Positions 59,659-64,000 of a stretch of 64,000 bases of DNA are shown here, piece by piece; the first letter of the stretch is position 1; the number at the start of each line of letters is the position of its first letter. Both the position numbers and the translations under genes were made by a program. Origin of the DNA: Eledone cirrhosa (lineage: Eukaryota); contig OZ024743.1 in the NCBI GenBank assembly GCA_964016885.1, forward strand, positions 109,616,001 through 109,680,000. Direction: 5' to 3'. A model generated the notes under the pieces. That model worked only from the letters and a program-made list of their open reading frames with translations. It had not been told where the DNA came from and made no database searches.

Positions 59659-60399
59659 AGTTGCATTTATCTTGCTTTATGTTCATACGAGTTATCACCA
59701 AGTCACAACCAGTGACCTCAAGAGACAACAAGGTCCGCCATGTTCAAGAAAAAACATACATATTCACACATGCATCTTTAGTGTTTAGACTTGTGATGTA
59801 CTTATATTGACAGAATCTTCCTTAGTATATGGGCAGTTCCCATTAGTACTATCTTTTGTATTTCTCCTATACGCGGGTTTCCTGGGATTGTTTCCTGGGA
59901 TTGTTTCCTGGGATTGTTTCCTGGTATTGTTTCCTGGGATTGTTTTAGTTCTCAATTTCCACATTTTTCCAATTTCTATCTCCAGGTCCTTATACTTGCT
60001 CAATTTTTCAAATGTTTTTATAGATACACTCTTGTCTATTGGAACAGACATATCAATTAGCAGGCATACCCTCTTTTGAAAGTCTTTCAATATTATATCA
60101 GGTCTGTTTGCATCTATTTTTCGGTCTGTTTGGATGCTAAAGTTCCACAAGATTGAGATGTGATCTTTTTCAAGTATGGGAGGTGGTTGATGCTCCCACC
60201 AATTCTTTTGATGGGGCAGGTCATAATGCTTACACATTATCCAATGTATGTATTGTGCAGCTCTGTCATGCCTGTTTCGGTATTCGGTTGGAGCTATAGG
60301 ACTGCACATTGAAATTATATGGTCAATGGTCTCTGGTTGTTCTTTGCATACACGGCATAATGGGCTGCACCCATTTTTTTTATTATGTTGGCTTGGTAA

Positions 60400-60400
<1 letters not shown>
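59658..60400 (-). mobile_element. R4/Dong-clade non-LTR retrotransposon 3' fragment (CCHC + restriction-like endonuclease)
   Basis: CRVCKEQPETIDHIISMC, YRNRHD, ILWNFSIQTDRKIDANRPDII, LIDMSVP, EKLSKYKDL; flanked on both sides by (AAT)n. Confidence 0.9.
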
Positions 60401-60446
<46 letters not shown>

Positions 60447-60654
60447 GGCGACCTACTTAGGAAATCGAATTATCGTGAGCTCCGCAAAGGTTTGTTATTT
60501 CCGTTTGTTTAAAAATTGCCATTTATGGAAAATTTTATTGTTAACTGTTTATAAGCACACATACATTGTTTTCCGAAAAGGACACCTAAAAAATTGGGGC
60601 CTTGTGCCCAAAATTTTAACTTTTATTATTATCAAAAAATTTCTTTGAAAAACA

Positions 60655-62711
60655 ATGGCTACTTCACCTCTGCACGAAGCAGCTGAAAGCCTACCTCACA
60701 AAATAACACCTCACACCGACACCACCATTGTAAATGTTACGTTTGCCAACACAAAAAAAAATATAAGCAGTAGCAATATTTTAAATTTGTCTCAGGCAGA
60801 CATTCATTTCCCGCCATTACCAATGACTGCAGGTGTTAAAGCCTCCACCACCACCAGCACCGCGACAACCACCACCACCACCACCACCGCGACAACAGAA
60901 ACAAAAGAAGAAAAAAATAAATTAACTCGTGATGTCGAAATGAAATCAAGCAAAATGGACTCTTCCCCACCAAAGACGACTAACGTCACCACCACAACTG
61001 AAACTAAAATTAATATTAACGATAGCAACAACAACAACAATGACATTATAACCCCCCCCCTCAGTTTCGCCAGAGTAGCAAAACAATTCGAAGCATTTAC
61101 CGTAACTCAAGAAGATTTAGAAAATGCCAAACAAATGGTAAAGAAAGATGGGTACAAGGTCAGCCCCCCGCCCCACCTAATAAAATGGAGCATCGGCGCC
61201 TATGCACCGTGTCGTATAGAACAATAAATGTAAAATCGCGCCGAGTGGAACGGGCATCCGAGTCCCAAATCCAAAAAGCTTTGGGACATGTGTGGGCAAG
61301 AAAAACCCACATCAGACGTGGGCAAAAGTATGGAACCGTGGATGTGTTCTTTGAAACACCAGAGGAGGCTAGAGAACACTCCATGGCCCCATTAAAAAGT
61401 GACGACTTCACACTCGTCCCAAGCTATTGTGGCCAGAGACTCGTAAAGATCAGGGTGACCCACGTTCCACCGGCCATCGAAATTCCCTGGCTAATAGCGG
61501 CTGTCATCGCCGGCATCGAGGCCAACACGAAAATAATAACAATAGCAAAAGAAAAGCAGGAAAACTGGTCCGGATCTGGGATGGAGCTCCTGATCCAAGC
61601 GGACCAAAAAAGCATTGAGGAGATCCCAGAGGTAATAGACCTCACTGACGGCAGCCACCTCACGGTAATTGTCGAGGGCAGAAGACCTAGGTGTGTCGTT
61701 TGTGGTGAAGGAACCCACCTAAGGGCTTTCTGCCCTCAGGCTAAAAGGTTGAGGCCACCTCTCCTACCCACCCAGTGACACAACCATCAACACCACCAGT
61801 AGCAGAGATGCCAGCAACAACTGTAGCAGCAACAACAGAAGCAACTATAACAGCAACAACCCCAGCAGCAACAGTAGCAAAACCAACACCACTACCACCA
61901 CCAGCAAAACCAACACCACCACCACCCAACGCTTCAGAACTAGCACCAGCGCCTACACCATCCACCACACCACAACCAAAACTAACGGCTGTGGAGGATT
62001 TTCCACTCCCCGGCCTATCACAACTGGAGACAGATTGTGACGACGAGGAGTGGGAAACGATATCAGGAAAATAAAAAAGAAACCAAAAAAGAAAAAATTC
62101 TTTTCCTTCCCCCTCCAAAAACAAAATACAGAGGGAAACAAATAAACTAAGAAACAAAAAAGTTAGGACAGATATGCCACCATCCACACCAGCATCACCA
62201 ACCACATCAACCCAAACACCAACACCATCACCATCATTAACTCCAACACCACCATCACCTACACCACAAAAGTCACCAAAATGCGAAACAGAAACAAACA
62301 CACAACAAACGCAAACAAAACAAAACAACCAAAACGATACACACTACACAGCATTAAATTTGAATGATAAAATAAAGTACCAGTAATGCACTGGGATAAT
62401 TGCTGGCCTTGTGCCAAATGTAGAAACAATTAAATTTGAACAACAAGCAATTATTGCACTACATCCAACACAACACCAGCATCACAGAAAAAGACTACAC
62501 AACAACCCCAAAATTCACACCACCTCCACACATACAAATCACTCGCGTCACACAGAAAACGTACATGACACTAAAACAAAAATTCCCCAAAGACATCGGA
62601 GACTTCCGACAAGCACTCTCCAGGAGGATTTATAAGGACATCCTTCCTGAGGAGGCCACAAGCAGTGAAAAGGATGGAAAAACCGTCCTTCCCCTACGAG
62701 AAGTAAGGTAA
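60655..62711 (+). pseudogene. LINE ORF1 (gag-like), broken by frameshifts and a SINE insertion
   Basis: Overlapping frames 60655-61227, 61185-61778 (GTVDVFFET; VEGRRPRCVVCGEGTHLRAFCP = CX2CX4HX4C), 61775-62074, 62174-62386 and 62436-62711. Confidence 0.75.
62365..62428 (+). mobile_element. 5'-truncated SINE tail inserted in LINE ORF1
   Basis: Matches 18368-18430; 12-bp TSD attaaatttgaa (62353-62364 / 62429-62440). Confidence 0.85.
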
Positions 62712-62745
62712 GTGGTCTTTCCCATCTTTTCCACTCCTTTTCAAC

Positions 62746-64000
62746 ATGACCTCACTCAGAATAGGCAGCATAAATGCGCGTGGCTTGGGGTCGTCATGGA
62801 AGCAGGGCCACCTGCTCAACGACCTCAGGTCACTAAACATAGATGTAGTGGCCATCAGCGAGACCAGAATCTCCGAAGCACAGGCTTTCGCACCGATCTT
62901 CGGCGGCTACGATGTGTACGCATCTCCCAGCCGTCCGGGATCGGGGGGAGGAGTTGCTGTGCTTTTTCGGAGAGGTTTGGATCTTGCCATACGGGCCATC
63001 TTCCTGGACCCAGAAGGTAAGTTGGTGGTGCTGGACGTGACCAGCGGAGACGGGCAAGCTTTCAGGTTAGTGGCCGTCTATGCCCCGACAGGAGCAGGGC
63101 GGCCTGATTTCTTCCGGCGTCTGGAGACCTTTCTTGGAACGTCCCGCTCTTTAGTGTTAGTGGGCGACTGGAACGGGATCTTAGATGCACGCTGGGATTG
63201 TGTGGGATTAGTGGATAGGGAAGGAGGGTGCAAGAGTCTCACCAACCTGCTCAGGCGTTTTGAACTGTCTGACAGGTACCGAATGGATTTCCCGAATGTA
63301 CCAATGTGGACTTGGACAAATCGCATAGGGCCATCCAGATCATATCTACATAGAGTATTTTGTAGGGAAATAGATAGGTCTAGCATAGGCTGTCCACAAT
63401 TCAAGATAGTCAGCTACATGGACCACAAATTCGTGATCTGTGTGCTTGACTTAGATAGGCTTCATAGACAGGGACCCGGCTACTGGAAGCTAAACGCGTC
63501 CTTACCAGCCTGCAAGGCCTACAGAGACCGGATTAGCGAACTAGTTAAGCGGGCGTTGACGGGGCCCATCGTCAACAACAAGTGGTGGTTTGCTCTGAAA
63601 AGAGCAATTAGAATAGAGTCCATTAGGTTTAGTAAGACTTTAGCAATAGAGAAAAATAGAGCAGAGGGAGAATTAGTTAGAAAATTAGATGAGGCGCTTA
63701 GCAAAGGTATCGCGACCGACGTACTTGCGGCGAAATTGGCCCTTGACCAATTCTTCAATGCAAAGCACGAAGGCTGCGTTGTCAGAGCTAGGGTGCGTGC
63801 TCTCAGACACGAGGGGACGAAAGCCGTTCAATGGGCCCGAGTGGCGGAGGCGCGTCGTGGCAACAAAGCCACGATCCGGTCTTTGGTGGACCACGACCGG
63901 CGCATGCTACTCGATCCCGGGCAAATGTGTGAAGCTTTTCAGCGACACTTCGCTCAACTGTTCGGGGGCAGTGGCGGGCCGGATCGAGGGATGGACTTTA
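62746..64000 (+). CDS. LINE ORF2 N-terminus: apurinic-like endonuclease + tether (partial, 418 codons, no stop)
   Basis: Manual translation MTSLRIGSINARGL..DVVAISETR..GGGVAVLF..LVAVYAP..LVGDWN..DRYR..WTW..SYLHRVF..MDHKFV..GPGYWKLNASL. Absent from the ORF track because it has no stop in the window. Confidence 0.92.
   Translation, partial: MTSLRIGSINARGLGSSWKQGHLLNDLRSLNIDVVAISETRISEAQAFAPIFGGYDVYASPSRPGSGGGVAVLFRRGLDLAIRAIFLDPEGKLVVLDVTSGDGQAFRLVAVYAPTGAGRPDFFRRLETFLGTSRSLVLVGDWNGILDARWDCVGLVDREGGCKSLTNLLRRFELSDRYRMDFPNVPMWTWTNRIGPSRSYLHRVFCREIDRSSIGCPQFKIVSYMDHKFVICVLDLDRLHRQGPGYWKLNASLPACKAYRDRISELVKRALTGPIVNNKWWFALKRAIRIESIRFSKTLAIEKNRAEGELVRKLDEALSKGIATDVLAAKLALDQFFNAKHEGCVVRARVRALRHEGTKAVQWARVAEARRGNKATIRSLVDHDRRMLLDPGQMCEAFQRHFAQLFGGSGGPDRGMDF

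Larger units (their letters stand above)
60447..64000 (+). mobile_element. L1/Tx1-clade LINE, 5' portion (runs off the right edge)
   Basis: 5' UTR, ORF1 with zinc knuckle, and ORF2 with an N-terminal APE endonuclease. Confidence 0.9.

Noticed and set aside
61741-63894. Minus-strand and alternative-frame ORFs over the LINE
   Set aside because: They are shadow frames of ORF1/ORF2 in GC-richer sequence.

Overview
Very AT-rich, microsatellite-saturated eukaryotic DNA. The repeat content suggests an invertebrate, probably a mollusc or octopus-like cephalopod (inference). No host gene can be called with confidence, and most ORFs in the track are (TA)n/(CA)n/(TG)n artefacts. The interpretable content is mobile DNA. 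(1) Penelope-like elements (PLEs; RT + GIY-YIG): at least 8 fragments from several lineages. (2) Type I hammerhead ribozyme (HHR) motifs at very high density; by eye about 20 have an intact CUGANGA/GAAA core and about a dozen are degenerate or variant. (3) Two families of small non-coding HHR repeats resembling retrozymes: a 310-bp unit as a near-identical 3-direct + 1-inverted array at 55.7-57.0 kb, and a ~430-bp unit at four loci. (4) A variant HHR class with a 60-95 nt stem II and a CCGANGA-type core. (5) LINEs: RTE, CR1, a Dong/R4 remnant in (AAT)n, and an L1/Tx1-like element whose ORF2 is open to the window edge. (6) tRNA SINEs, a hAT MITE with an 8-bp TSD, and a decayed Tc1/mariner. The most striking pattern is that about a dozen independent PLE/retrozyme insertions share one geometry: minus-strand left arm and plus-strand right arm, with 3' ends pointing outward, usually into (TA)n. 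All alignments, folds and counts were done by eye, so boundaries are approximate.
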